A stretch of 64,000 bases of DNA from a bacterium (GTDB lineage: Bacteria > Zhuqueibacterota > Zhuqueibacteria > Residuimicrobiales > Krinioviventaceae). The notes beneath the pieces were generated by a model. It ran no database searches. It was not told where the DNA came from and worked only from the letters and a program-made list of their open reading frames with translations. Shown piece by piece: positions 10,279 through 20,422 of the stretch. Every line of letters starts with the position of its first letter. Within the stretch, counting starts at the first letter, position 1. A program made the position numbers and the translations under genes. The stretch covers positions 1-64,000 of the forward strand of contig OY843751.1 of the NCBI GenBank assembly GCA_963693055.1. Reading direction: 5' to 3'.

Positions 10279-11844
10279 GTGTCAGCAGACGTTAATATAA
10301 AACGGGCATTAATTAGTGTTTATGACAAGACCGGACTGGTTGATTTTGCAAAAAAACTTGAAGAAATGGGTGTGGAAATTTTATCGACAGGTGGAACAGC
10401 AAAACATTTAACTGAAAACGGCATAGCCGTTACCTCTGTATCAGATGTTACCGGATTCCCTGAAATACTGGGAGGACGCGTAAAAACCCTTCATCCCCGT
10501 GTGCATGGCGGCATTCTTGCCAAGCGTAGTAAACCCGAGCAGATGGAAGAAATTAAAGCGCATGACATTACCCCTATTGATATGGTAGTTGTAAACCTGT
10601 ATCCTTTTGAAAAAACAGTAGCCCAGCCCGATGTTACCATTGATACAGCTCTCGAGAATATTGATATAGGCGGTCCCTGTATGATCCGTGCGGCAGCCAA
10701 GAATTTTCCGGGCGTTGCTGTATTGACCGATGCTTCACAATATGAAACGGTTATAAATGAACTGGAAGCGGGAAATGGCAGTCTTGCTCTGGAAACCCGC
10801 AAAGCCTTGTCACTCGCAGCTTTTCAACGCACATCTGAATATGATACAGCGATTTCGGCATATCTTGCCAAAGGTACAGAAGAAGCAGAAATGCCTGAAA
10901 CAATAAATTTAAAATTGAAAAAAGTCCAGGGATTGAGATACGGTGAAAATCCCCATCAGAAAGCTGCATATTATGCTGATGCAACGCTTGAACCTTATGG
11001 TATTGTTGCTGCCAACAAGCTTCATGGCAAAGAACTCAGCTTTAATAATATTTTGGATCTGAATGCTGCAATTGGATTGTCGCAAGAATTTGATCGTCCC
11101 GGTGTTGTAATATTAAAGCATAATAATCCCTGTGGCGCGGCAATGGATGAAGATATTGCCAAAGCATATGAAATGGCAAATGAGACAGATCCGGTTTCCG
11201 CGTATGGTGGTATTGTTGCGGCTAACCGTGAAATTAATGAAGAGATGGCAGAAAAAATGTCAAAAGTCTTTTTGGAAGTAATTGTAGCCCCCTCTTTTTC
11301 TGAAAAAGCATTTGAAATATTGACTAAAAAGAAAAACATTCGTTTGATTGAATGGCCCCAGGATAATCCTGTATTCAAGGGAAATGATTTGAGAGCGGTT
11401 TCCGGTGGTTACCTGATGCAGAACCTGGATCTGGGATTTGATGACAAATCTCAATTCAAGGTGGCTACAAAACGTCAACCTACCGACTCTGAATGGCTGG
11501 CTATGGAGTTTGGCTGGAAAGTTTGTAAATGGGTCAAGAGTAATGCTGTGATTTTTGTCAATGAATCCAGAGTACTGGGTATAGGCGCCGGACAAATGTC
11601 ACGCGTTGATTCATCAAAATTTGCAGTTCAAAAAGCCCAAGACGCTGGTCTTTCGCTTGACAATTCGGTACTGATCTCTGATGCGTTCTTTCCGTTCCGT
11701 GATGGTGTAGATGCTGCGGCAGAAGCTGGCGCAGTAGCGGTAATTCAGCCCGGTGGATCGGTTCGTGATGAAGAGGTTGTTGCCGCGGCAGATGAACACA
11801 ATATGGCAATGGTAATGACCGGTACACGGCATTTCCGTCATTAA
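10279..11844 (+). CDS. purH: Bifunctional AICAR formyltransferase/IMP cyclohydrolase
   Basis: [38 protein letters not shown]-terminal RHFRH. Confidence 0.98.
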   Translation: MSADVNIKRALISVYDKTGLVDFAKKLEEMGVEILSTGGTAKHLTENGIAVTSVSDVTGFPEILGGRVKTLHPRVHGGILAKRSKPEQMEEIKAHDITPIDMVVVNLYPFEKTVAQPDVTIDTALENIDIGGPCMIRAAAKNFPGVAVLTDASQYETVINELEAGNGSLALETRKALSLAAFQRTSEYDTAISAYLAKGTEEAEMPETINLKLKKVQGLRYGENPHQKAAYYADATLEPYGIVAANKLHGKELSFNNILDLNAAIGLSQEFDRPGVVILKHNNPCGAAMDEDIAKAYEMANETDPVSAYGGIVAANREINEEMAEKMSKVFLEVIVAPSFSEKAFEILTKKKNIRLIEWPQDNPVFKGNDLRAVSGGYLMQNLDLGFDDKSQFKVATKRQPTDSEWLAMEFGWKVCKWVKSNAVIFVNESRVLGIGAGQMSRVDSSKFAVQKAQDAGLSLDNSVLISDAFFPFRDGVDAAAEAGAVAVIQPGGSVRDEEVVAAADEHNMAMVMTGTRHFRH

Positions 11845-11871
11845 TTTAGATAATAACCAAGAGTATTAGAT

Positions 11872-12897
11872 ATGAAACTATCTTCCCTGTTTTCTAACGA
11901 TCTTGCAATTGATCTGGGTACTGCAAATACGCTGGTATTTGCAAAGAACCGGGATATTGTATTAAATGAGCCCTCTGTGGTCGCAATACGAAAACGCACA
12001 CAAGAGATATTGGCTTTTGGTTTTGAAGCAAAAGAGATGGTAGGACGAACACCCGGAGAAATTATTACTGTTCGTCCCTTAAAAGATGGTGTGATTGCAG
12101 ACTTTGATCTTGCGGAGCAGATGATCCGTTATTTCATAAAAAAATCATCTCCTTCGTTAATTCCCCGTCCCCGTATTGCCATATGTATACCCTCCGGAAT
12201 TACCGAAGTTGAAAAACGCGCAGTGCGGGATGCTGCGGAACATGCCGGGGCAAAAGAAGTGCATCTCATTGAAGAGCCAATGGCTGCGGCTATTGGTTTG
12301 GGGCTGCCTATTGATCAACCTGTGGGAAGTATGGTGATTGATATAGGTGGCGGTACCACAGAGATTGCAGTGATTTCTATGTATGGTATTGTGAACGCAA
12401 CCTCGGTGCGCATTGGTGGTGATGAAATGAACGAAGCCATTATTCAGTATTTTAAAAAAGAGTTCAATCTGCTGATAGGAGAAAATACAGCGGAATTGTT
12501 GAAATGTGAATATGGCAGTGCAGCGCCGGTCAAGCCGGATGGCAGAACTGCTGTTAAGGGTCGTGATTTAATTGAAGGTATACCCAAAACCGTTGATATA
12601 ACGGCTATGCAAATTCAGGATGCATTGACAGAAACTGTGGACTCTATTGTGAGTGCGGTAAAGCAATGTCTGGAATCTACTCCTCCCGAACTTTCTGCAG
12701 ATATCCTGGATAGAGGCATTTTGATGTCCGGTGGGGCTTCATTGCTGAACGGACTTGATCTTCGTTTGCGAGAAGAAACCAAACTGCCCGTTATTGTGTC
12801 TGAAGAGCCCAAGCTGGCGGTTGTGCGGGGCACCGGTATGGTTTTAGAAAATCTGAATTTGTACAGGAAAATCCTGACCCAGATCAAACAATATTAA
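11872..12897 (+). CDS. mreB: Rod shape-determining protein MreB (or Mbl-like paralog)
   Basis: IDLGTANT, RPLKDGVIADF, IEEPMAAAIG, DIGGGTTE. Confidence 0.93.
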   Translation: MKLSSLFSNDLAIDLGTANTLVFAKNRDIVLNEPSVVAIRKRTQEILAFGFEAKEMVGRTPGEIITVRPLKDGVIADFDLAEQMIRYFIKKSSPSLIPRPRIAICIPSGITEVEKRAVRDAAEHAGAKEVHLIEEPMAAAIGLGLPIDQPVGSMVIDIGGGTTEIAVISMYGIVNATSVRIGGDEMNEAIIQYFKKEFNLLIGENTAELLKCEYGSAAPVKPDGRTAVKGRDLIEGIPKTVDITAMQIQDALTETVDSIVSAVKQCLESTPPELSADILDRGILMSGGASLLNGLDLRLREETKLPVIVSEEPKLAVVRGTGMVLENLNLYRKILTQIKQY

Positions 12898-12919
12898 CAG
12901 GACAATGAACTGAAAAGAA

Positions 12920-15106
12920 ATGAAAAGAAGAAAAAATAATCAACCTAAAAAAGTAAAAACAGTTTTAAGAAAATTTATCAACAGGTTTTTATATTTGGTA
13001 TTGGGTATTGTTTTACTGGGTGTTGCATTTATTTTCATCTTTACCCGAAACCTTCCCGATTCAGAAAGGCTTGAAAATATTTCTCCCAATCTACCTTCCC
13101 AGGTCTATTCGGCAGATGGGGTTTTATTAAAAGAGTTTTTAACAGATCAACGAATTTACAAGCCTTTATCAGAATTTGCTCCACTTGTTGTTAATTCAAT
13201 CCTTGCAACAGAAGACCATCATTTTGAAAAACACTGGGGTATTTATCCGCCCCGTTTTGTCAAAGTAACACTGAGCTTTCTGTTGACTGGAAGTAAGGAA
13301 GAGGGCGCAAGTACCATTACCCAGCAGCTTGCCCGTACTTTGTATTTAACGCTTGATAAAAACGTTACCCGCAAGATCAATGAGGTGTTTACAGCAATTC
13401 AACTTGAACGGCGTTATACCAAAGACGAACTGATAGAGATGTATTTAAATCATGTTCAGTTTGCTTTTGGAACTTATGGCTACGAAGCCGCCGCTCAAAA
13501 ATATTTTGGCAAAACCAATACGGAACTGGGTGTTGAAGAATGCGCAGTTTTGACCGGTATGCTGCAGGCACCGGGAAGATTGAATCCTTCTTTGTATGCA
13601 AAAAGTGAACGTATTCAAAATTATGTCAAAACCCGACGTGATCTTGTGCTTCGGCGAATGTTGAGACACGAGTTTATTACTGCCCAAGAGTATGATGAAG
13701 CGGTCCAAAAAGATATTGTTTTTGCAAGTCAGGATAGTACCGTAAATGTAGATATTGCTCCCTATTTTACCGAAGAAGTACGTAGAAAAATGTACGCCAA
13801 AGACAGTACCGAGATCTATACCAGCGGTATGCAGATTTTTACAACGATTGACAGTCGAGTGCAAGCCTGTGCAGAAAGTGCGGTGAAAAACCATTTACCG
13901 GAATTGCAAAAGGTAGTAAACCGTAATATGCACAAAAGGAAAAATTTTGTAAAACTGGTTCCACCCAGCATGTTTGAAAAGCGGTCACTGGAAGCTATTA
14001 TGGCGGATACCGCATATGTAGATTCATTGATTGCGGAAAAATGCAAAGTTCAGGTGGCGTTGGTAGCCCTTGATCCCCGAACCGGTAATATTCTTGCGAT
14101 GATTGGCGGCCGTAATTTTAAAGAGAGTGAATTTAACAGGGCTGTTCAGGCAGTTCGTCAGCCGGGCTCGGTTTTTAAACCGTTTGTTTACACGGCTGCA
14201 GTTGATAATGGTATTATGCCTTTTTATGAAAAGCTGAACCAGCCTATTGTTGTGCATATGGTAGACGGTACACGTTGGACTCCGCATAATTATGACGGAT
14301 CTTTGGGCGGTTTGACAACCATGCGTGAAGCACTGCGGCGGTCTTTGAATCTGGTTACCGCAAGGCTGGTACAGGAAGATGTACCCCCGGAAGAAGTGAT
14401 CCGTTATGCCCGCTATCTGGGTATTACTACTCCATTGCAGGCGGTAGACGCAATTGCCCTGGGTGCTATTGGAGTTCATCCTATTGAAATTATATCTGCT
14501 TTTGGCGCTTTTGCCAACAAGGGTGTTTTGGTAGAGCCGCACTATGTCAGCAGAGTAGAAGATAAATATGGTAATGTTATAGACCGCGCCAACCCGCAAA
14601 GTAAAGGGGTTTTGCGGGAAGAAACCGCATATATTATAGCGGATTTATTGAAAACGGTTGCTTCACGAGGAACAGGTATTGCGTCCAGATCACGGTATAA
14701 TTTTTATCGCCCGGCGGGCGGTAAAACAGGAACCACCAATGACTTTACCGATGCCTGGTATGTAACTTTTACGCCGCAGATTGTATCCGGCGTCTGGGTG
14801 GGGCTTGATGATCCGTCCATGTCGTTAGGTGAAAGACAATCCGGCGCCAGAGCGGCACTGCCCATTAATGCGCCGTTTATCAAGGCCGCACACGACACGC
14901 TGCAGTTGCCGGTAATGGATTTTGAAAAGCCGGAAAATGTGGTACAGGTTGAAGTGTGTCGGGAGACCAAGCAGTTGGCAACGGATTATTGCCCGGATGT
15001 TCTTAGCGAAATCTGTGACGTACGTTTTCTGCCGCAGACCAAATGTGAAAAACACACCGGTGAGCGCGAGAGCCGCTCGTCAAACAACCGTCGTTTGGGT
15101 TTATAA
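12920..15106 (+). CDS. Class A penicillin-binding protein (PBP1A family)
   Basis: N-terminal TM; transglycosylase EDHHF and GASTITQQLAR; transpeptidase SVFK, SLN, KTGT. Confidence 0.93.
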   Translation: MKRRKNNQPKKVKTVLRKFINRFLYLVLGIVLLGVAFIFIFTRNLPDSERLENISPNLPSQVYSADGVLLKEFLTDQRIYKPLSEFAPLVVNSILATEDHHFEKHWGIYPPRFVKVTLSFLLTGSKEEGASTITQQLARTLYLTLDKNVTRKINEVFTAIQLERRYTKDELIEMYLNHVQFAFGTYGYEAAAQKYFGKTNTELGVEECAVLTGMLQAPGRLNPSLYAKSERIQNYVKTRRDLVLRRMLRHEFITAQEYDEAVQKDIVFASQDSTVNVDIAPYFTEEVRRKMYAKDSTEIYTSGMQIFTTIDSRVQACAESAVKNHLPELQKVVNRNMHKRKNFVKLVPPSMFEKRSLEAIMADTAYVDSLIAEKCKVQVALVALDPRTGNILAMIGGRNFKESEFNRAVQAVRQPGSVFKPFVYTAAVDNGIMPFYEKLNQPIVVHMVDGTRWTPHNYDGSLGGLTTMREALRRSLNLVTARLVQEDVPPEEVIRYARYLGITTPLQAVDAIALGAIGVHPIEIISAFGAFANKGVLVEPHYVSRVEDKYGNVIDRANPQSKGVLREETAYIIADLLKTVASRGTGIASRSRYNFYRPAGGKTGTTNDFTDAWYVTFTPQIVSGVWVGLDDPSMSLGERQSGARAALPINAPFIKAAHDTLQLPVMDFEKPENVVQVEVCRETKQLATDYCPDVLSEICDVRFLPQTKCEKHTGERESRSSNNRRLGL

Positions 15107-15166
15107 ACCCGACATTCAAACCGGAAATAACATTCAATGAACAATCGTTTTAATAGCGTATTTTTC

Positions 15167-15195
15167 TTGAATATTTGATATTAAATATTTAGATT
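15167..15195 (+). promoter_or_regulatory. Sigma70-type promoter upstream of pdxS
   Basis: TTGAAT-N17-TAGATT. Confidence 0.5.
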
Positions 15196-15227
15196 ACTTT
15201 TCTAATTAATAAAGAGAGGCGTGAGCG

Positions 15228-16112
15228 ATGAAAGACGCTAAAGATTTTAAATTAAAAGTAGGCCTGGCAGAAATGCTCAAAGGCGGAGTCATTATGGATG
15301 TGACGACTCCTGAACAGGCTAAAATTGCCGAAAGTGCCGGCGCTGTAGCCGTTATGGCGCTTGAACGCATTCCGGCAGATATAAGGGCACATGGCGGTGT
15401 TGCACGCATGTCTGATCCCACGGTTATTAAAGCGATACAGCAAGTTGTTTCTATACCGGTTATGGCTAAATGTCGTATTGGCCATTTTGCTGAAGCCCAG
15501 GTACTTGAGGCTTTGGGTGTAGATTTTATTGATGAAAGTGAAGTTCTGACTCCTGCAGATGAAGAGTTTCATGTAGATAAATGGAAATTCAAGGTGCCGT
15601 TTGTATGTGGCTGCCGTAATTTGGGCGAAGCACTTCGTCGTATCTCAGAAGGCGCTGCAATGATCCGGACCAAAGGTGAAGCCGGAAGCGGAAATATTGT
15701 AGAAGCGGTTCGTCATATGCGTACCGTGCAAAGCGGGCTCAAACGGATCACTGTGCTGGGTGAAGAAGAACTGGTAACCGAAGCCAAGAATCTTGGTGCG
15801 CCGGTTGAACTGCTGCATCAGATCAAAGAAACCGGAAAACTGCCTGTACCTAACTTTTCAGCAGGTGGTGTTGCTACTCCTGCGGATGCGTCTTTAATGA
15901 TGCAGTTGGGTGCTGAAACCGTGTTTGTTGGCAGTGGTATTTTTAAATCTGATGACCCCGAAGCCCGTGCAAAAGCAATTGTTTCTGCTACAACTCATTA
16001 TATGGATTTTGATTTGATTGCCCGTGTTTCAGAAGGACTGGGCGACGCCATGCCGGGTCTTGAAATGTCATCGATCCCAAAAGAGGAGCGGATGGCTGAC
16101 CGTGGTTGGTAA
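15228..16112 (+). CDS. pdxS: Pyridoxal 5'-phosphate synthase lyase subunit
   Basis: [30 protein letters not shown]-terminal RGW. Confidence 0.98.
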   Translation: MKDAKDFKLKVGLAEMLKGGVIMDVTTPEQAKIAESAGAVAVMALERIPADIRAHGGVARMSDPTVIKAIQQVVSIPVMAKCRIGHFAEAQVLEALGVDFIDESEVLTPADEEFHVDKWKFKVPFVCGCRNLGEALRRISEGAAMIRTKGEAGSGNIVEAVRHMRTVQSGLKRITVLGEEELVTEAKNLGAPVELLHQIKETGKLPVPNFSAGGVATPADASLMMQLGAETVFVGSGIFKSDDPEARAKAIVSATTHYMDFDLIARVSEGLGDAMPGLEMSSIPKEERMADRGW

Positions 16113-16139
16113 GCGGGCCGGCATTTTCGGATTGTGTAT

Positions 16140-16709
16140 ATGAAAACAGTCGGTATTTTAGCGCTTCAGGGTGATTTTGATAAACATCAGAAAATGCTGG
16201 ATTCTCTGGGCGTCAACGTTCTTTTGGTAAAAACGGTTACTGAACTAAATAAATGTGGTGGTCTCATTATTCCGGGTGGCGAGTCTACCACCCTGTCATT
16301 GCTGTTGAAAAAGCATGACATGTGGAAACCGGTGATCGAGTTTGCTCAAGATCACCCGGTTTTTGGGACCTGTGCCGGATTGATCATGTTGTCAAAGACC
16401 ATTACCCGTGAACCGGTCGATACGTTGGGTTTGATCGATATTGAAACCGCACGGAACGCTTATGGTCGTCAGGTGGATTCATTTATTGATGATGTTCGTC
16501 TGGAATTAAACGGCAATAATGAAAAGTATGAAGGTGTCTTTATAAGAGCACCCAGAATTATATCCTGCGGTAATGGAGTAAAACCTTTGGGCTGGCACAA
16601 TGATAATGTTGTGCTTGCCGAACAAGGTAATATTCTGGTGGCATCTTTTCACCCGGAATTGTCTGATGATCCTATGGTTCATCAGTACTTTTTGGATAAA
16701 ATTAACTAG
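16140..16709 (+). CDS. pdxT: PLP synthase glutaminase subunit
   Basis: LALQGDF, PGGESTT, GTCAG, RNAYGRQ.DSF, FHPEL. Confidence 0.97.
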   Translation: MKTVGILALQGDFDKHQKMLDSLGVNVLLVKTVTELNKCGGLIIPGGESTTLSLLLKKHDMWKPVIEFAQDHPVFGTCAGLIMLSKTITREPVDTLGLIDIETARNAYGRQVDSFIDDVRLELNGNNEKYEGVFIRAPRIISCGNGVKPLGWHNDNVVLAEQGNILVASFHPELSDDPMVHQYFLDKIN

Positions 16710-16733
16710 ATATTTTAACAAATTTTAAAGCTT

Positions 16734-17702
16734 ATGTTTTCATATGATGTTCGCGGCGTAAAATTAAAACATACCCCTTTTTGGATTGATGCACATCGAA
16801 AAACTCCCTTTTCTTTTATTTCACACGGACATAGTGATCATTTAAAAAATCATGACAAGGTGCTGGGCACACCAGCCACTCTGCGTTTTCATGATATGCG
16901 CGCCAAACAAAAAGAGACTATCTCTCTTGACTATGGCGAACTTTTTGAGCTCGACAACTCTAAAATCACCTTGTACTCTGCGGGCCATGTGCTTGGCTCT
17001 GCCATGATCAAGGTTGAATATCAGGGTCAATCACTATTGTATTCCGGTGATTTTAAAGTACAGGAGAATGAGACCTGTGAGCCTATCCAGATACCTCAGG
17101 CAGATATTTTGATTATGGAATCCACTTTTGGCAGACCGGAATATGTGAACCCCCATTCCCGTGAAAAGCTGGTAGATGATATTATGGACTTTATTGATGA
17201 TTGCCTGCTCAAAGGTATTACGCCGGTGGTGATGGGGTATGGTCTGGGTAAAGCCCAGGAAGCCATGAAGATTATAGGTGATCTGGGATACCAGGTTAAA
17301 GTGCATCATTACGCATGGCGTTTTTCCAAAGTGTATTATGATTTTGGGGTACGCTTTAAAAATTGTTCTCCCTGGTATGAAAAAGAAATGGTCAAGGGGG
17401 AAGTGTTGATTATTCCACCCCATTTGATGATGTCTCGTCGTATTAAAAATATGCCAAACCGATACAAGACTGTATTTTTATCCGGATGGGCTAATAGTAA
17501 TAATGGATTCAGGTTCCACAGTCACCATTCAATTGCCTTGAGCGATCATGCAGATTTTCAGGAGCTTTTGGATTTTATAAAAACGGTTGATCCTGCTATG
17601 GTATATACCACTCATGGCGATAAAGATTTTCCAAATTATATCAGAGACATTGGCTACAAAGCTGAATATCTGGAACCCACCAAAGAAGTGCTTCCTTCCT
17701 GA
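16734..17702 (+). CDS. Metallo-beta-lactamase/beta-CASP nuclease (similar to ligase-associated DNA damage response exonucleases)
   Basis: SHGHSDH, AGHVLGSA, YSGDFK, MESTFG, GKAQE, SDHAD, TTHG motifs. Confidence 0.82.
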   Translation: MFSYDVRGVKLKHTPFWIDAHRKTPFSFISHGHSDHLKNHDKVLGTPATLRFHDMRAKQKETISLDYGELFELDNSKITLYSAGHVLGSAMIKVEYQGQSLLYSGDFKVQENETCEPIQIPQADILIMESTFGRPEYVNPHSREKLVDDIMDFIDDCLLKGITPVVMGYGLGKAQEAMKIIGDLGYQVKVHHYAWRFSKVYYDFGVRFKNCSPWYEKEMVKGEVLIIPPHLMMSRRIKNMPNRYKTVFLSGWANSNNGFRFHSHHSIALSDHADFQELLDFIKTVDPAMVYTTHGDKDFPNYIRDIGYKAEYLEPTKEVLPS

Positions 17703-17710
17703 GGCATGCG

Positions 17711-20245
17711 TTGAATATAGAAAAATATATATCCCCTGAGGCGATCGAAACCATGCGGCAAGCTATTGCCGAAGCCAGTGGCAACGAAGTCTTTTTTGTA
17801 GGATATACCGAAGAAGATTTGATTGTTCACAAGGTCGATGCTGTTGCACGGGGAAATGAATCTGCTGTACCGGCTATATTAAAAATTGCGCGGGAGGCAG
17901 ATGTTGTCATTCACAATCATCCTTCAGGTTTTCTCAAACCCTCATCTCCAGATTTGAATATTGCTTCGGGCCTCGATTCTTTCAGCGTTGCTTTTTATAT
18001 CGTAAATAATGATGTAGACGATGTATACGTAGTGGTTGAACCTTTTGCCAAGCGCGACAAAGTCTTTCTTGATCTGCAAGAGATGGAAGCGCTGTTACAA
18101 AAAGAAGGTCCTATTGCCCGGCATATAAATGGTTTTGAAGAGCGCCAACAGCAAATTGATATGCTGAGCTCCATTTGTGCGGGGTATAACGAGAAAAAAA
18201 TCGCATTGATAGAAGCGGGCACCGGCACCGGAAAAACCATGGCCTATCTTGTACCTGCCATTTACTGGGCCGTGCGAAACAAGACGCGGGTTGTGGTGTC
18301 TACCAATACGATTAATTTACAGGAACAATTGATCAATAAAGATATTCCATTACTGCAAAAGGCTTTGGACCCTGAATTTGAGGCTGTGCTGGTTAAAGGA
18401 CGTTCCAATTATGTCTGTCTGCGCAAAGCGGATGATGTGGAATCTGATTTTGCCGCACTTGCAGAAGAGCACGAGATTGAAGAACTACAGGAGCTGATTC
18501 ATTGGGCAAGGCAATCTCAAGACGGCAGTAAAGCAGACCTTTCGGTCATTCCTTCCGCAACAGTTTGGGAGAAAATTGCCGCGGAAAGTGACACCTGTAC
18601 GCACAGCAGGTGTAAATATTTTCGTGAATGTTTTGTGAACAAGGCCCGTCGTAAAGCCGCACGCGCGCATATTCTGGTTGTGAACCATCATCTGTTATTT
18701 GCAGACCTTGCGGTACGCCGGCAAACCGGCAGCTTTGCGGACGCTGCTATATTACCGCCATACCAGGCTATTGTGTTTGACGAAGCGCATCATCTGGAGC
18801 ATGTTGCAACCCACTATTTTGGCAGCCGGGTTACCCGTGCGGGGTTGGTGCGTATAATGAACCGTTTGCACCGTCGTAAAAAAGCAATTTACAAGGGGCA
18901 TCTACATACATTAAAACATCGTTTATTGTCAAAAAAGGCCATGGTGCCGGATGAGATTGTTCAGCGAATAATCATGACCATTGATGGAGAGCTGGTTGAT
19001 CTGATTGAGCAGATCACAGCTATGAATGACGAGCTTATGGACTCGCTCTACCAGGTGTTGCAGAACCGTGAGCAAAAAATCGGTGTTATGGAAGAAAAAG
19101 AAATCAAGCTGCGCCTGCTTCCTCATATTGTTGATCAGGTGATCTATGATACGGGATTAGATACGCATTTTAAAGAATTTATTCAACAGTTGAAAATTTT
19201 GTCATCAGTGCTGTTGCGGTTAACGGAAACTGTCAAACGCGGTGTTCGTTCAGACGGCGAAGAGATGTTGAACAACCTCATTGAAGTTGAAGCCAATGCC
19301 GAACGTATTGAAGCTGCGGCAGATATTTTAACCGAGGTGCTTTTCAACTCGGGCGAAGAAGATATTCGATGGATTGAAGCAAAGCCTGCCTATCGTAACC
19401 GGTCAATTTTGCATTTTCAGGTATCACCTCTTCATATCGATCAGGTAATGAAAGAAGCGGTTTTTGATACTTTTGAAACCATTATTATGACATCCGCAAC
19501 TCTGACCAGTGACAAAAAGTTTGATTTCATTCGTGAACGACTGGGTTTAACCCTGGTAGAAGAAAAACGTAACATTTGCGCGCAATTGCCTGCTCCGTTT
19601 AATTACAAAGAACAGGTTATTATGGCTGTTCCTAAGGATATGCCGGACCCGCGAAGTCAGAATTTTGCGTCTGAACTGTCCAAGTCTGTTTTAGATGCGC
19701 TGTTGGTCTCTGAGGGACGGGCGTTTGTGCTTTTTACTTCATTCGGGCTGCTGAATATGATATTCCGGCAGCTTGAAGGGCCTTTATCTGAGCATGGCAT
19801 TCGTGTATTAAAGCAGGGTAGTATGAACAGGCACGATTTGTTAAACCAGTTCAAGCGGGAAAAAACATCGGTATTGTTTGGTACAGACAGTTTTTGGGAA
19901 GGTGTTGATGTAGAGGGAGATGCGCTGGAATCGGTTATCATAACCAAGCTGCCGTTCCAGGTGCCCAGTGAACCTATTATTGAAGCAAGATACGAGGCCA
20001 TTGAAAAAGATGGCGGGAATCCGTTTATGGAATACGCAGTACCACTTGCGGTGTTGAAATTCAAACAAGGATTCGGACGTCTGATCAGACGAAAAACAGA
20101 CAGGGGTTGTGTTATTATATTTGACAATCGTGTTATTAATAAAAGTTATGGTAAACGTTTTCTCAGATCACTACCAGAGTGTAAAAACGTTTTTGCATCG
20201 CGAGAACAGATATTATCAGAGTTGAATACCTTTTTCCATCAATAG
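17711..20245 (+). CDS. DinG/XPD-family helicase with N-terminal JAB (RadC-like) domain
   Basis: N-terminal GNEVFF...HNHPSG..KPSSPD; Walker A AGTGTGKT; FeS cysteines; DEAH; FWEGVD; QGFGRLIR. Confidence 0.9.
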   Translation: MNIEKYISPEAIETMRQAIAEASGNEVFFVGYTEEDLIVHKVDAVARGNESAVPAILKIAREADVVIHNHPSGFLKPSSPDLNIASGLDSFSVAFYIVNNDVDDVYVVVEPFAKRDKVFLDLQEMEALLQKEGPIARHINGFEERQQQIDMLSSICAGYNEKKIALIEAGTGTGKTMAYLVPAIYWAVRNKTRVVVSTNTINLQEQLINKDIPLLQKALDPEFEAVLVKGRSNYVCLRKADDVESDFAALAEEHEIEELQELIHWARQSQDGSKADLSVIPSATVWEKIAAESDTCTHSRCKYFRECFVNKARRKAARAHILVVNHHLLFADLAVRRQTGSFADAAILPPYQAIVFDEAHHLEHVATHYFGSRVTRAGLVRIMNRLHRRKKAIYKGHLHTLKHRLLSKKAMVPDEIVQRIIMTIDGELVDLIEQITAMNDELMDSLYQVLQNREQKIGVMEEKEIKLRLLPHIVDQVIYDTGLDTHFKEFIQQLKILSSVLLRLTETVKRGVRSDGEEMLNNLIEVEANAERIEAAADILTEVLFNSGEEDIRWIEAKPAYRNRSILHFQVSPLHIDQVMKEAVFDTFETIIMTSATLTSDKKFDFIRERLGLTLVEEKRNICAQLPAPFNYKEQVIMAVPKDMPDPRSQNFASELSKSVLDALLVSEGRAFVLFTSFGLLNMIFRQLEGPLSEHGIRVLKQGSMNRHDLLNQFKREKTSVLFGTDSFWEGVDVEGDALESVIITKLPFQVPSEPIIEARYEAIEKDGGNPFMEYAVPLAVLKFKQGFGRLIRRKTDRGCVIIFDNRVINKSYGKRFLRSLPECKNVFASREQILSELNTFFHQ

Positions 20246-20250
20246 ACAGA

Positions 20251-20266
20251 TGTACCTACAGGTACA
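20251..20266. promoter_or_regulatory. Palindromic enhancer-like site (TGT-N10-ACA)
   Basis: TGTACCT-AC-AGGTACA perfect inverted repeat about 120 bp upstream of a sigma54 motif. Confidence 0.5.
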
Positions 20267-20383
20267 CCCAATTGTACGTAATAGTGCGTTTTAAGCATGA
20301 TAGACATCAGAACACTTTAATAGATTTTACTCAACGTGTTGTTTTTAATTGGCTTGCGTTTTATCAAGTGTTTTAAGTATGAT

Positions 20384-20400
20384 CTGGCATATCTGTTGCT
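20384..20400 (+). promoter_or_regulatory. Sigma54 (-24/-12) promoter
   Basis: CTGGCATATCTGTTGCT = TGGCA-N6-TTGCT with GG-N10-GC spacing, 22 bp before ATG 20423. Confidence 0.7.
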
Positions 20401-20422
20401 GATATAATAAAAAAAAGTAAAT

